Shown here: piece after piece, positions 47,710-64,000 of the stretch
Layout of the letters: every line of letters starts with the position of its first letter
Numbering within the stretch: position 1 is the stretch's first letter
Notes under the pieces: generated by a model
Seen by the model: the letters and a program-made list of their open reading frames with translations, nothing else
The model's database searches: none
What the model was told of the DNA's origin: nothing
Made by a program: the position numbers and the translations under genes
NCBI RefSeq assembly: GCF_009914755.1
Contig: NC_060932.1
Length of the DNA: 64,000 nucleotides
Reading direction: 5' to 3' (one strand)
Source: the human T2T-CHM13v2.0 reference genome, Homo sapiens

Positions 47710-48436
47710 CAATAGATATATCAATGACAGAGAAATATGTGTGGTTTTTTCATTTAAAAATACGTTTTACTTCATTAAGTGTTGAGCATGAAAAGATTCT
47801 GCAGAATAGGATTCCTGTATTTCTTGAGTTTCCACTGTGCTTTTCTCTTTATTCCTTCATTCAAATAACATTCGTGGATTGCTAGCCTATTCCCCACCGT
47901 TACCATATGAAACCTGGTAAGCTTGTATTCATTTCTGAAATATCCAACTCAAGAAAATTACTCCTTCCACACAGAGCTTCTTCTGACAACCCCATGCACA
48001 ATCACAAGTTTCCTTCCTTTTATGCTTTATAGTGTTGTCTCTATATTCCATCATTCAGATCCTCTCATTGAAATTGAATTATGCCTTCACTACAGAGTTA
48101 GATTCCCAAGGGCAAAGATAGAAGCATCTCTTTAAATATTAATTTAAGGGATAATTGGGCATATTTATTTGCTTAATCAAAGTTGAAGAATAAGGCCAAA
48201 CTCTGTTCCATAGAATCCCTTTAGTAAGGCAGTTGTGTCAGTTCTGGATTCTACTATGTAGTAAACTACAATGGTAGTGGATATTGTGTTTGTCGGACTT
48301 GCCTAAACAATTCAGGCAATGGAACAGGTTCACAAGATAAATAAGAAAGAAAAAGCTATATGAATGCTCCTCCCACACCAAAATTGTAAGAAAAACATAA
48401 AGCATGCCATTTTGTCACACAATTCAGAGGTGGTAA

Positions 48437-50307
48437 TAATGGCAGTGGCAGGCCATCTGGAGTGGCCACTGCCATCACGCTAGCTGTAATGGGGAGATGT
48501 GAGAGGTGGCAGCAGGAGCAGCTGTGGGAGCAGCAGTGGTGATGGTGGGACATCTGTGCCCCACATCCCCAAGGCAGCCAACTGTCCCCCACCCTTGTAC
48601 GACTGGGCAGGACCTGCTCCCAGGCCCAGAGCCTCCACCACTCTGGACCCTGAACCCTTGTCACCACTCTCACCCATATGCACTGCAGGGAAAATGAGGA
48701 GAGGAGGTAGGCAGTCCCTGGAGACTGCCTTGGGAACACCCCCTGAGCCCACCTCCCTGGGAGCCACCATTATAGGCCCAGGCTGAGCTGCCAGTCTGAG
48801 GGAGAGCAGCATGGTCCAGCACAGAGGAGCGGGCAGAGAGGGGCCCAGTGAGGACTTGAAGCCCCTGACCCAGGGTCCGAGGAGGCACTGCCTAGGCTGT
48901 ACACTCCATGGAGCCAGCAGGAACTGGAGACAAGTGGGAGCCCCGCCCCTTCCTGGTTGGCAGGGTATGAGCTCCCCAGGTGCAGCTGCAGCTGCCCTGC
49001 TGCTGCTGGAGACCCAGCCTACTCTGCATTCTCTGGAGCCTGGGAAGCCTCCTTGCCCCCAACAGGCTCAGAAGTGCCTTTTATTGCTGCCTGGCTTCTC
49101 CCATCTGTCAATGCCTTTTCCAGTCTCAGAGCAAAGTCAGGGCCAAGCTTGGATGCTGTAGCAGCCCCGCTGGCTGTGACATGCTCACAGCAGTGTTGAC
49201 ATGCCAGCCCCCTGCCGCGTCGCCTCCCTCCAGACTTTGGGCACTGACAAGCACAGGAGGGAGCCTCAGGGGTTGCTGAGGACAGCCTGGTGCTGGCTTG
49301 CTGGTGTCTTTTGACATGAACAGCTTGGGTGTCTTTAACAGCAGCAGGAAGCAGACAGGCTTCTGGGTGGAAGGGGGCTTGTCCTCAGTGAAGCCCACTT
49401 TCAAGACAGGGAGGGCTTGAAGCCTGGAAGCCTGGCTGCCAGTCCCCTGGACCGGAACGGAAACTCACGGTGCCTTTTCTGGGCTTGCATATGACCACCC
49501 ATGGAACAACTGGTATGCACTTCCTCCCCTCTGAGGCCCATAAAAGCCCCTGACTCAGCCACCGGGGAGAGGATGGGATGACCAGCTGCAGTGAGGAGCT
49601 ACCCATGCCATGGTCTCCTTTCTGCTGGGAGCTGAGGAGATGAGGGGACCACCAGCTGCAGAGAAGAACTACCCTCTATGCTGAGAGCTGAAAACCTATT
49701 GGGATACCCTGGCTACGGAGAGGAGTTGCTCACTGTAGGTCTCCTCTGAGCTGTTCTGTTCCTCAGTAAAGCTCCTCTTTGTCTTGCTCACCCTCCACTT
49801 GTCTGCATACCTCATTCTTCCTGGGTGTAGGGCAAGATCTCTGGACCCACAGAATGGTGGGCTAAAAGAGCTGTAACACAAACAGTGCTGAAACACATCC
49901 CTTGCTTACCATGTTGCAGGTGACAAGAAGGAGAGAAGAAAGAAGGAGAGAAGAGAGAACAAGAGAAGATCTGTGGACCTTTTGGGAGTGCAGACTTGGG
50001 AGCTCACCAAGCCAGGGGTGTGACTCCCAATTTTGGGCCCTGTGGTTCCTAGAGTCTCCAAGCTTCCAGGCACCACCGCATTCCCTGGTGTTAGCCATGG
50101 AAACTGCTTGTGGTGCACCTGGTCCAGCAGCAGCCTTGCAGTGAGCCAACCTCTGTGCTGAAACCTGGATCTGCCTGCCCAGATGCAGCAGACAGAGTGC
50201 CTGACTGTGCACAGTGGCCTGACCCCATGCTCACTCACTCACACACCCCTCACCACTCCACTCCAGTCTTTTCAGAAGTGTAGGATCCAGGCCAATAGTG
50301 AGAGCTG
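48437..50307 (+). mobile_element. MER52-like (ERV1 class) long solo LTR; GC-rich block in an AT-rich window
   Basis: 5' TAATGGCAGTGGCAGGCCATCTGGAGTGGCCACTGCCATCACGC; CACTCCATGGAGCCAGCAGG..GGAGCCCCGCCCCTTCC; TATA-like CCCATAAAAGCCCC (~49538); polyA-like CAGTAAAGCTCCTC (~49764). Confidence 0.85.
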
Positions 50308-51329
50308 GTAACACATTATTGCAGTGAGAGTGTAGAATAAGGAAGCACAAGGTAGAGTGAAAATCAGAGGTGGCACAGGGCAAAATAGCCTGAAATAATA
50401 TTGCTTCTAATACAAGCTAATTTTTCCTTCCAGGATATGAGTGACTTTTCATAACTTTTATTCTTTCTAGGACACTGATAACCTGGAAGACATTGCAGAT
50501 CAAATAACATCTGTTTTTAAAATATGATTTTTCTTTTCTCAATTTTCTAAGTGTTTGTAGGAGGAAAGCATTAGACCTTCTGGTAAGATATATTTATCTT
50601 AATTTGTGGTTAAATATTCAAACAAAATATAAAGAGAATCCATTCTAAATCAGGGGCCCTTAGATCCATGATAATTTTAACATGTCTCCTGCTTTGGTTA
50701 ATTGGCTGCACCCTGTTTTCTGTGGACTATCCAAAACACCAATTTATACTCTCCGTGGATTTCAATCTTGGCCCTGAGATTTTGGTGTTTGTTTCTTTGT
50801 GAATCAAAACAAAGGAGAACTATACAGTAGGGAAAAAAATGGAAGTTATGGAAACATGGAGAAAGAATGGAAAATAAAAAGGGGAGAAAAATGAGAAAAC
50901 AAAAGACTAAAAGAGAGGAGATGATAGAGAAAACAAGTGCAGGAAATAAAGAAAATTCAAAAATTAAGTGGAGAGAAGGGCACGTTGGAAGCAAAATATG
51001 GTAGAAAGTAAAGAAAGCCCCTCAGTACTGAAATCAGATATGATGCTGTTAAACTTACCCATAACTTGAAGGTACTCCTTCTTTTTGTTATTAAGCAGTG
51101 TGGTATCACTAAATAAAATTTTAGTGTTCCTTGTGAGCAACATATTGGTGTCTGAGAAGCCATTAATGTGATCTAAAATATAATAAAATAGACATTGATT
51201 TACTTAAAAACCTAAAACTGTTTGAAAACCTGCCAGTAAGTGATAATATTACCGAGTAGTTAAGGTTTTATTATACCGTTCTTGATGGGAGGAGAAATTA
51301 AGGAGAAAGCTGTATTAACTTACTGCATT

Positions 51330-51660
51330 AATTAGAGCAGGCTGAACAACTGTAAAAAAAAATAGACACAAAATGTAATCACTAAAAACAAGAGGATTTA
51401 TTTCTTGCTCACTTAACAGTTCAGGATGGTATTCTAGGCTTGTTTTTGCCTCTCTTCCACATGGTGACTCAGTGATTCAGGCTTCTTTCACATTGATGGC
51501 TTCAGCATCTCCTAGACTCATGTCATCTTTTACATCACCTTAATGAAAAGAAGACTTTGGTTGAAACAGGTGCTATCTTAAAAACTCTGACCTGAAAATA
51601 GTTCACATCACTTCTGTTCATATTCCATTGGAAATAATATAGCCACATGAACTCATTTAA
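51330..51660 (-). mobile_element. LTR33-like ERVL LTR fragment
   Basis: TTTATTTCTTGCTCAC, GTGACTCAG..ATTCAGGCTTCTTTC, CACATCACTTCTGTTCATATTCCATTGG. Confidence 0.6.
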
Positions 51661-51699
51661 TGAAAAAGTTCTTTCTGAACATTATCTTACATTATTATC

Positions 51700-52590
51700 T
51701 ATCAGCAGCAGCATGTGATATCCATAACACACCCTTCTACATAACATAATGTAGGATTCCATAGTCTCTTGAATGTAGTCCTATCTAACTAGTTATTCTT
51801 TCTCATCTCCTTCACTGCTTTCCTTTTCTTTGACTCCTAATGTTGGCATTCTCCAGGACCCAGCCCTATAGCCCTACTCTCATCTCTGTCTCAGCTCTTG
51901 GGTTATCTTTCCCAGGTTTGTGGCTTTAAATATTATTTATTTGCTGACAACTCCCAAAAGTATCCAACTCAGACTTCTCTCAAGAACCCCTGCCATTTTT
52001 ATCCACCTCTTCACTTGAACATTCATTGGATATCTCAAACTGAACATGTCCAAAACTTATCTGGTAACCTCCCGTCCTAAAGCTGCTTCTTCTAATAGCT
52101 TCCCCTATTCAGTTGATTAAAAAAAAAAAAAAAACCTCCATCCTTTCAGTTACTAAACTCAAAACGCCATGTCCCTTACTCCTTTCATTTTCACTCCACA
52201 GCCAATCCAAAAGAATGCCTGTTGGATTCTATATACAAAATATGCAGAATCCCAGGATTTCTCACAACTTTGCTCATACTAACCCAGTCTAACTCACCAT
52301 TATATCTTTTAGATAATTATAATAACTTCTTAAATAGTTTCATTTTGTCTGTGGTTGACCCCTATAGTATATTCTCAATGCAGCAGCCAGAGTCATCTTT
52401 CCAAAAAGGATAAAATTTTAATTGAGATCATGTCACTACTCAACTCAACCCCTTGGAAACCTCCCATTGTCACTCAGAGTAAAAGCCAAGTTATTCACAA
52501 TGGCATGTAAGGCCTATGTGACCTGGCTCCTATTATCTCTCTGATCACACTTAGTAATTCTGTGTCCCCTCTCTCTTTGACTCTCAATTG
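51700..52590 (+). mobile_element. L2 LINE remnant
   Basis: GGCTTTAAATATTATTTATTTGCTGACAACTCCCAAA, TCTCAAACTGAACATGTCCAAAAC, CAGCAGCCAGAGTCATCTT, CACTCAGAGTAAAAGCCAA. Confidence 0.8.
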
Positions 52591-53359
52591 TGCCATATCA
52601 GAGGGTCTTCTTTGTGCGTTCTACCCTGGGACCATACCTGCAGTGGGCATGTGGGAATGTGTCATTCTACTGCTTTCACAATTCTCTTCTTCTTGTGGAA
52701 GTTTGGCAGAATAACGGAAGATTAAAAGTTTGAATAGTTACAGGCTTTTTAGGCAGAGCTCATGAGCTCTTTGGCAAAAATTCCTTCAGAAATTGAGTAG
52801 TTCTCTCCAGTGTTTTGTTTCCAGCATACTCTGTGTGCCAATGCCACAACTAAATTTCTAATTTAGGTATAAATTTCAGTTCCATTGTTTTTATTTTTGT
52901 TGTGGCTTTTTTGTTATTTATTGCTTTGTGCCTTACCTTGCTGTCAGTTCTCTCTCTAAACTTAATGGAGACTACATACTGAAGTGATATGAAATAGTGA
53001 GCTTAGTCATTTCAAGTCCCTAGGGCCCTCATTTTATGGACTGTTTTCTTCCCTCTCTTTACAAATCTATCAATTCCAGCTTAACCACATCCCCTATAAT
53101 ATCTTGCTAAATGCAGCAAACAGAAGTCAAAACACAGTGACCTTCTATTTGTTAACTATTTCCCATAGACCTAAAAGCTCAAATCATGCTCTACCTTCTA
53201 AGTTATCTCATATGACAGCTTTATGAAATGTTTATTATGGTTTGGCAGAAATATCTCACATTCTAATGTTCATTTTTCTCCCGTACTGCTTGTCAACTAA
53301 ATAAATGTCACATCTTTTAATTTTTTTATGGCCACATCCTCCCTTCCAATGAAAATACC

Positions 53360-53762
53360 TGTATTCTTATGAGCTATGTAAAATATCAAAGACAATAGAG
53401 GCTTACTTCTTGTTCATATAAATGGCAGGACAAGTATTTTGAGGAGCTAGTCTGCAAATACTGATTTGGGAGCCTGGACCATTTTATATTTGTATTCTAC
53501 CGTCCTTTATGGCCACACTGTCACCTGTACCCAGCAGACAGGAGAGAAAGAACATATAAAGAAGAAACATCCTCTCTCTTAAAAGCTCCAGCCTAAAAAC
53601 CACTCACATTAGTGTTGCTTACATTAGAGTAGAGAAAATGAAGTTGACATCTACTGCAAGGGATGCTGGAAAACATCATCCATCCATGTGCCACCTTCTA
53701 ACCTACTACAATGAAAAAGGAGGAGGATGGCTCTTGGTAGAAACCTAGCCATCACTGCCACC
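53360..53762 (-). mobile_element. LTR33-like ERVL LTR
   Basis: TACTGCAAGGGATGCTGGAAAA ... TTGGTAGAAACCTAGCCATCACTGCCAC. Confidence 0.55.
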
Positions 53763-54201
53763 ATTACCAATTAAAGCCTTGATTTTTGTATATTAAGAGG
53801 AAATATAAATCAAATGCCTCATTTTATATATCTGTGATAATTGTGCTTAAAGGGCATAGTATAAAATTATAATTTTATAAGATAAATGCACAAACATATA
53901 AAGTATTAACTCAATGAGATATGACAGGAAAAGTATATTCCATGTTTAGTTTTTTCATTATCTAAAGTTTCCAGGAGAAAAACAAGCTAATAAAACTATG
54001 ATGAAATTACCTTTTAAACTATCACCTTAAGAATTACGGTAATAATTTCAAACCATAAAAATAATGGGAACTAAGTTCTAATTTTAATAATGAATTGACT
54101 CCAAAAATTAAAATAATTTTAATGTAGATTTTCCTTTTTTGGAATACATTAGGGTACTTCTAATAATTAATTATATTTGTAGAAAATTGAATCTTTCATA
54201 A

Positions 54202-54544
<343 letters not shown>

Positions 54545-54713
54545 ACATTTTCTAAATATAAGAATTTAAGATAGATTACAATAACATCTATAGTTTAATT
54601 CAAAGGATTTTTCTCAGATATAAGTTGGGTCAATTTGAGACATAAATAGGATTCAAGTTTAGATTATTTTAGCCCTGTGCACAGAAGAAACATTTCTTTC
54701 TTTTTTTTTTTTT

Positions 54714-54906
54714 TTCTCCTGCCTCAACCTCCTGACTAGCTGGGACTACAGGCGTGTGCCACCATGCCCAATTAATTTTTGTATTTTTAGTAGAGATGGG
54801 GTTTCACCATGTTGGCCAGGATGGTCTTGATCTCTTGACCTTGTGATCCTCCTGCCTCATCCTCCCAAAGTGCTGGGATTACAGGCATGAGCCACTGCGC
54901 TGGGCC
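54714..54906 (-). mobile_element. AluSc-like, 3'-truncated in the right arm and directly followed by poly(A); part of the L1 transduction
   Basis: T15 joins directly to CTCCTGCCTCAACC; about 100 nt of Alu 3' end absent; GGATGGTCTTGATCTCTTGACCTTGTGATCC. Confidence 0.9.
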
Positions 54907-54969
54907 TTGACATCTTTTTATTCTGCAAATTTTACAGGATTTAGTAAAAATATTTCATAACATATTTAT

Positions 54970-55263
54970 GTATTTATTTATTGAGATGGAGTCTCCCTCT
55001 GTGGCCCAGGCTGGAGGGCAGTGGCGTGATCTCGGCTCACTGTAATCTCTGCCTCCCGGTTTCAAGCCATTCCCCTGCCTCAGCCTCCTGAGTAGCTGGG
55101 ACTACAGGCGCCTGCCACCACACCCAGCTAATTTTTTGTATTTTTAGTAGAGACAGGGTTTCACCTTTTTAGCCAGGATGGTCTCGATCTCTTGACCTCG
55201 TGATCTGCCTGCCTCAGCCTCCCAAAGTGCTGGGATTACAGGCGTGAGCCACAGTGCCAGGCC
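54970..55263 (-). mobile_element. Alu SINE (AluY/Sc-like) in the A-tail of a small L1 fragment
   Basis: Full Alu body; TATTTAT on both flanks. Confidence 0.93.
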
Positions 55264-55380
55264 TATTTATTTTTTATTTTACTTTAAGTTACATGTGCAG
55301 AACGTGCAGGTTTGTTACTTAGGTATACATGTGCCATGGTGGGTTTGCTGAACTTATCAATCAACCCATCATCTAGGTTT
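55264..55380 (-). mobile_element. Terminal ~115 bp of an older L1 (L1PA8-like) 3' UTR
   Basis: rc: AAAACCTAGATGATGGGTTGA..CAGCAAACCCACCATGGCACATGTATACCTAAGTAACAAACCTGCACGTTCTGCACATG. Confidence 0.8.
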
Positions 55381-55625
55381 TATTTTTTTATTATTATTAA
55401 TTAATTAATTAATTTTTTTTTACTGTACTTTAAGTTCTAGGTTACATGTGCACAACGTGCAGGTTTGTTACATATATATGCATGTGCCAGGCTCGTGTGC
55501 TGCACCCATTAACTCATCATTTATATTAGGTATATCTCCGAATGCTATCCATCACCCCTCCCCCGACCCCACGAGAGGCCCCACTGTGTGATGTTCCCCA
55601 CCCTGTGTCCAAGCGTTCTCATTGT

Positions 55626-59439
<3,814 letters not shown>

Positions 59440-59502
59440 TATCATGTTAGCTGGTTATTTTGCTTGTTAGTTGATGCAGTTTCTTCCTAGCATCAATGGT
59501 CT

Positions 59503-60532
59503 TTACAATTTGGCATGTTTTTGCAGTGACTGGTACTGGTTGTTCCTTTCCATGTTTAGTGCTTCCTTCAGGAGCTCTTGTAAGGCAGGCCTGGTGGTGA
59601 CAAAATCTCTCAGCATTTGCTCATCGGTAAAGGAATTTATTTCTCCTCCAGTTATGAAGATTAATTTGGCTGGATATGAAATTCTGGGTTCGAAATTCTT
59701 TTCTTTAAGAGTGTTGAATATTGGCCCTCACTCTCTTCTGGCTTGTAGAGTTTCTGCCGAGAGATCCGCTGTTAGTCTGATGGGTTTCCCTTTGAGGGTA
59801 ACCCGACCTTTCTCTCTGGCTACCCTTAATATTTTTTCCTTCATTTCTATTTTGGTGAATCTGACAATTATGTGTCTTGGAGTTGCTCTTCTCGAGGAGT
59901 ATCTGTGTGGCATTCTCTGTATTTCCTGAATTTGAATGTTAGCCTGCCTTGCTATGTTGTGGAAGTTCTCCTGGATAATATCCTGCAGAGTGTTTTCCAA
60001 CTTGGTTCCTTTCTCCCCATCACTTTCAGGTACAGTAATCAGATGTAGATTTGGTCTTTTCACATAGTCCCATATTTCTTGGCAGCTTTATTCATTTATT
60101 TTTACTCTTTTTTTCTCTAAACTTCTCTTCTCACTTCATTTCATTCATTTGATCTTAAATCACTGATAACCTTTCTTCCACTTGATCAACTCGGCTACTG
60201 AAGCTTGTGCATGTGTCATGTAGTTCTCATGCCATGGTTTTCATCTCCATCAGGTCATTTAAGGTCTTCTCTATGCTGTTTATTCTAGTTAGCCATTCAC
60301 CTATCTTTTTTCAAAGTTTTTACCTTCTTTGTGATGGGTTCAAACATCCTCCTTTAGCTCGGAGAAGTTTGTTGTTACCGATCGTCTGAAACGTTCTTCT
60401 CTCAACTCATCAAAGTCATTCTCCATCCAGCTTTGTTCCGTTGCTGGCAAGGAGCTGTGTTCCTTTGGAGGAGAAGAGGCACTCTGATTTTTAGAATTTT
60501 CACCTTTTCTGCTCTGGTTGGTTTCTCCCCAT
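59503..60532 (-). pseudogene. Disrupted L1 ORF1 (RNA-binding protein)
   Basis: ATGGGGAGAAAC at 60532 with a 4-nt ACCA duplication; fragment KRPNL...RATPRHIIVRFTK...GKPIRLTADLSAETLQARRE. Confidence 0.92.
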
Positions 60533-63500
60533 CTTTGTGATTTTATCTACCTTTGGTCTTTGGTGATGGTGATGTACAGGTGGGGTTTTGGTGTGGATGT
60601 CCTTTCTGTTTGTTAGATTTGCTTCTAACAGTCAGGACCCTCAGCTGCAGGTCTGTTGGAGTTTGCTGGAGGTCCACTCCAGACCCTGTTTGCCTGGGTA
60701 TCACCAGCGAAGGCTGCAGAATAGCAAATATTGCAGAACAGCAAATGTTGCTGCCTGATCCTTCCTCTGGAAGCTTCCTCTCAGATGGGCATCCGGCCAT
60801 ATGAGGCATCAGTCAGCCCCTACTGGGAGGTGTCTCCCAGCTAGGCTACTTGGGGGTCAGGGACCCACTTGAGGAGGCAGTCTGTCTGTCCTCAGATCTC
60901 CAACTCTGTGCTGGGAGAACCACTGCTCTCTTCAAAGCTGTCAGACAGGGACATTTAAGTCTGCAGAAGTTTCTGCTGCCTTTTGTTAAGCCAGAAGAAA
61001 CATTTCTTTAGGTGAAAGTGGGAAGCAGATAAATGTGACACATTTTATGTCATTGCTAAATGGAGATTTTGGATAAGATTTTCATCTATAAAGAATCCTC
61101 AGTGAAAATGAACATATCTTTGAAAACTGGGTCTTCTAACAGAGGAAATGATGAAGCCATAATCACATCAGTGAACTCACTTTGTATTGAAGTTTACAGG
61201 ATCATATAACTTCATTAATTTTTTTCCCTTTCTTATTGCTGAAACAGAAAGATGGCAGGTGAATGTGGAAATTAATCCATTAGAGTGAACATGTTTCTAT
61301 TTCAAAGTATGTTAATTTCATTTCTACTTTGTCAGCTTTAATTTGTCACTGAACCTAAAATGGGATAATTGTACCAGCATCTAAGTTCACATATGTGGTC
61401 AACGTTTTCCTAGTTTTATAAAGTTACATTTAGATTCTGTCGACACTGCTCAATGTATTACAAAGTAACATGTGTTGAGACTTGGCTCTCGACATATCAA
61501 ATTAAGTCAAAATATAAATTAATTCAATGACCACTCTGTGTTGATATTTGCTCATTGTGCTGTAAACACATTTTGTGAGGAATCCCTATAATTTCACCTA
61601 AAATTATACAAAAAGCCCTACCACAAGAACGTTATTATTTTTGAATACCTTAGATATTCACTTTGCAAAACTACAGTTACAATGATTTGAGTGGGGGGCT
61701 ATGTAAAAATAAAGGGAGAAATAAAGACACTGGCTAATAACCAAGTCTAACTCCAAGATTCTATCTTCTGTTAATTTATTTTAAACAGTCAAGATGGAAT
61801 TGAAACAACTCTGAAAAATTAAGAGCAGAAATTGTAATATCTAAGATTTATTTATTTTTCCTATTTAAGCAGTCTCATGTCATTTTTGTAAAAAAATCAC
61901 TTATTCTTAGAAAAGATGTTGTTGTTAGTCATACATCAGTGTAAGCAAAACTATGTCATAAATAAGCTTTTTTAATAAGCAGAGAAAAAGGGGATAAAAG
62001 AAGAAGAGCTATAATATGAATAGCTAAATGTCTGTTTTAGAATGAACAAATAAATAAAGAGTGAGAATAAGGGCAAATAAATGTTAACAGTTCTCAAGCC
62101 TGTACTTACATCCTTTTCTTCCCATGATGTTATCCCTTGTATTAAATCATTCACAGATAATTTAATAATTTCTCTGAATTAAAATATATCTTTGACACTT
62201 TACTCAAATGCCAAGAAATTCCAAAAAATTTAGGGGAAAAACCATGTACTTAATGTGTAACAAATAAAGGCATCCTAGAAAATGTTTTCAAAATATTTCA
62301 TGGCATATAAGTATTTTGGGGTATTTTGTTAAGTATAGATTTATAATACATCTATTATATTTACATTCTTGACTATAAATACTAAATATCTATAACACTT
62401 TACAGTAGGCTTTTATTTTCTTTCTAAATAATTTCTCAAAATAGTGCAATCTATTAGGTTTTCCTTTTTACAGCTGTTAAAATGTACTTGTACATTTTAT
62501 TCATATTGATGTTACTGCCAAAAAGAAATGAAAACCTGCATATAATCTATGCTCAAAGTTGTGTCAAATTGAAAGATCAGGAAAATTTACATGAATGGTA
62601 CCTTATGAAAATTATTGGCCTCTATAATGAATTTTCCTAAGCTTGTCTGTTTGAAGAAATACTCCTTAAAATCCTCTTTTTAAAATTTTTTTGAAAGTAT
62701 ACTTTTATTTGGAAATATATTTTTTTCTTTCTGAAAGCATCTCATTTTTATTCTTTGCTGTGTTTCAATGAATTACACGACTTCAGAAAAAGGATATGGA
62801 ATTTATCACTATCTACATTTGTTTGTATTTAGAACTGTCAGAAGTGTCCTATTTTTGAAATCCTGGTAATTGCGTTTGTTTTTCAAACTTTTCTAGTAAA
62901 TCCCACACCAAAGAAAAGAAAAAGAAAATTGAAATTCAGATCTAAAGGTATTAGTTAGTAAAGTAAGAGAATGTCAAATGGATGAATACAAATATATATA
63001 TATATACATTTATACACACACATATATATGTCTATATAAAACAATGCATGAATAAATAATCATGGGAAAGTATATTAATTGAATGAATGCATTTTAAATG
63101 TGATTTTAATAGTTGCCTGATAGTTATTATAAATGTTTTTATTTTTACAAATATATACTTTCCTATTTGCTTATCTCTTATTAATTCGCATTTTTTAAAT
63201 TAGTCTTCTTGGGATACTAGACATGAATTTATATGACGTAGAATAACAATTATGTATTCTTTCAATTCAATTTTTTTATAACCTGCTACATTTTCAGGCC
63301 AATATTAACATATTATTTACATCCTAACGTACTTTCTTATACTTTAACACTTTTGAAATATAGGTGAAATCTTATAGTTGTTATATACATTTAATGTGAT
63401 TGTGGTTTTAACAAAAACCTATTCAATTTGAAAGCTTTAATTAAAATTTGTAGTATCATAGACTGTGAGCAGTATGATAATTATAGCAGTAACAGTAAAA

Positions 63501-63569
63501 TTTTTTCTTTCCTATTTTTACTGCAATACCTCTGATAGTTCTATATTTAAGTATAGTAATACTAAAAGC

Positions 63570-63805
63570 TTGCATTTATAGATAACTTAATATGTAGCAA
63601 GGATTATCCTAAGAGCATTATATTTATTAACTTATTTAATCCTGGAGAAAACCCTTAGAGGAGGTACTGTTTTTATGAACATATTTCTGATGAAGGAACT
63701 GCAATATGGTAATTTGCTAAGGCTTACCCAACTGGTCCATGGTAGAACGTGAGAAGGAAAGGATCAGTGTCTATCTTCAGAGACCAAGCTTAATCCTTTG
63801 CTATC
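63570..63805 (-). mobile_element. MIR SINE remnant
   Basis: TTATTTAATCCT..AAAACCCTTAGAGGAGGTACTGTT...GATGAAGGAACTG..GGTAATTTGCTAAGG. Confidence 0.65.
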
Positions 63806-64000
63806 CAAACGTCTTAGTATAGCAGTTAGCTGACCGTTTTAACAGCTAATAGTGATCATTATTCTGTTAAACTTACAATGCTTCATATCTAATTTTTAAA
63901 TGAAATTTTTTTAATGAGGAAAGGGCTTTAGCTTTTATTGAATCAATTCCAAGTGCTGAAATAATCATATAAATGTTATTTGTCATACAAATATATTTTG

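Noticed and set aside
48356-50238. Dense cluster of 60-127 aa ORFs on both strands, or a CpG-island gene
   Set aside because: All lie within the GC-rich MER52-like LTR, where stops are rare; CpGs are mostly decayed to TG/CA; no recognisable protein.

Overview
AT-rich primate (human-like) non-coding genomic DNA. It contains AluJ/S/Y, L1PA2-L1PA16, ancient L1M, L2, MIR, hAT MERs and solo LTRs (MLT2A, THE1A, MER52, LTR33-like). I find no confidently supportable host protein-coding gene, RNA gene or CRISPR array. The long ORFs in the track are L1 ORF1/ORF2 remnants or Alu/LTR noise. The most informative structure is retrotransposition and DNA-repair history. (1) A ~5.6 kb minus-strand L1PA has an 18-bp target-site duplication (TSD) that also encloses ~0.7 kb of extra sequence, i.e. 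a 3' transduction that predicts the structure of its source locus. (2) A truncated Alu is joined to an ancient L1 through a perfect 24-nt copy of sequence 2.2 kb downstream (templated insertion). (3) Two L1s are 5'-inverted (twin-primed), one with a duplication and one with a deletion at the breakpoint. (4) There is a fold-back inverted repeat at an (AT)n tract. Candidate functional non-repeat elements are a phased four-E-box array and a CpG-retaining, terminal-exon-like segment. Subfamily names come from recalled consensus diagnostics, not from a RepeatMasker run. Boundaries of ancient repeats are approximate.
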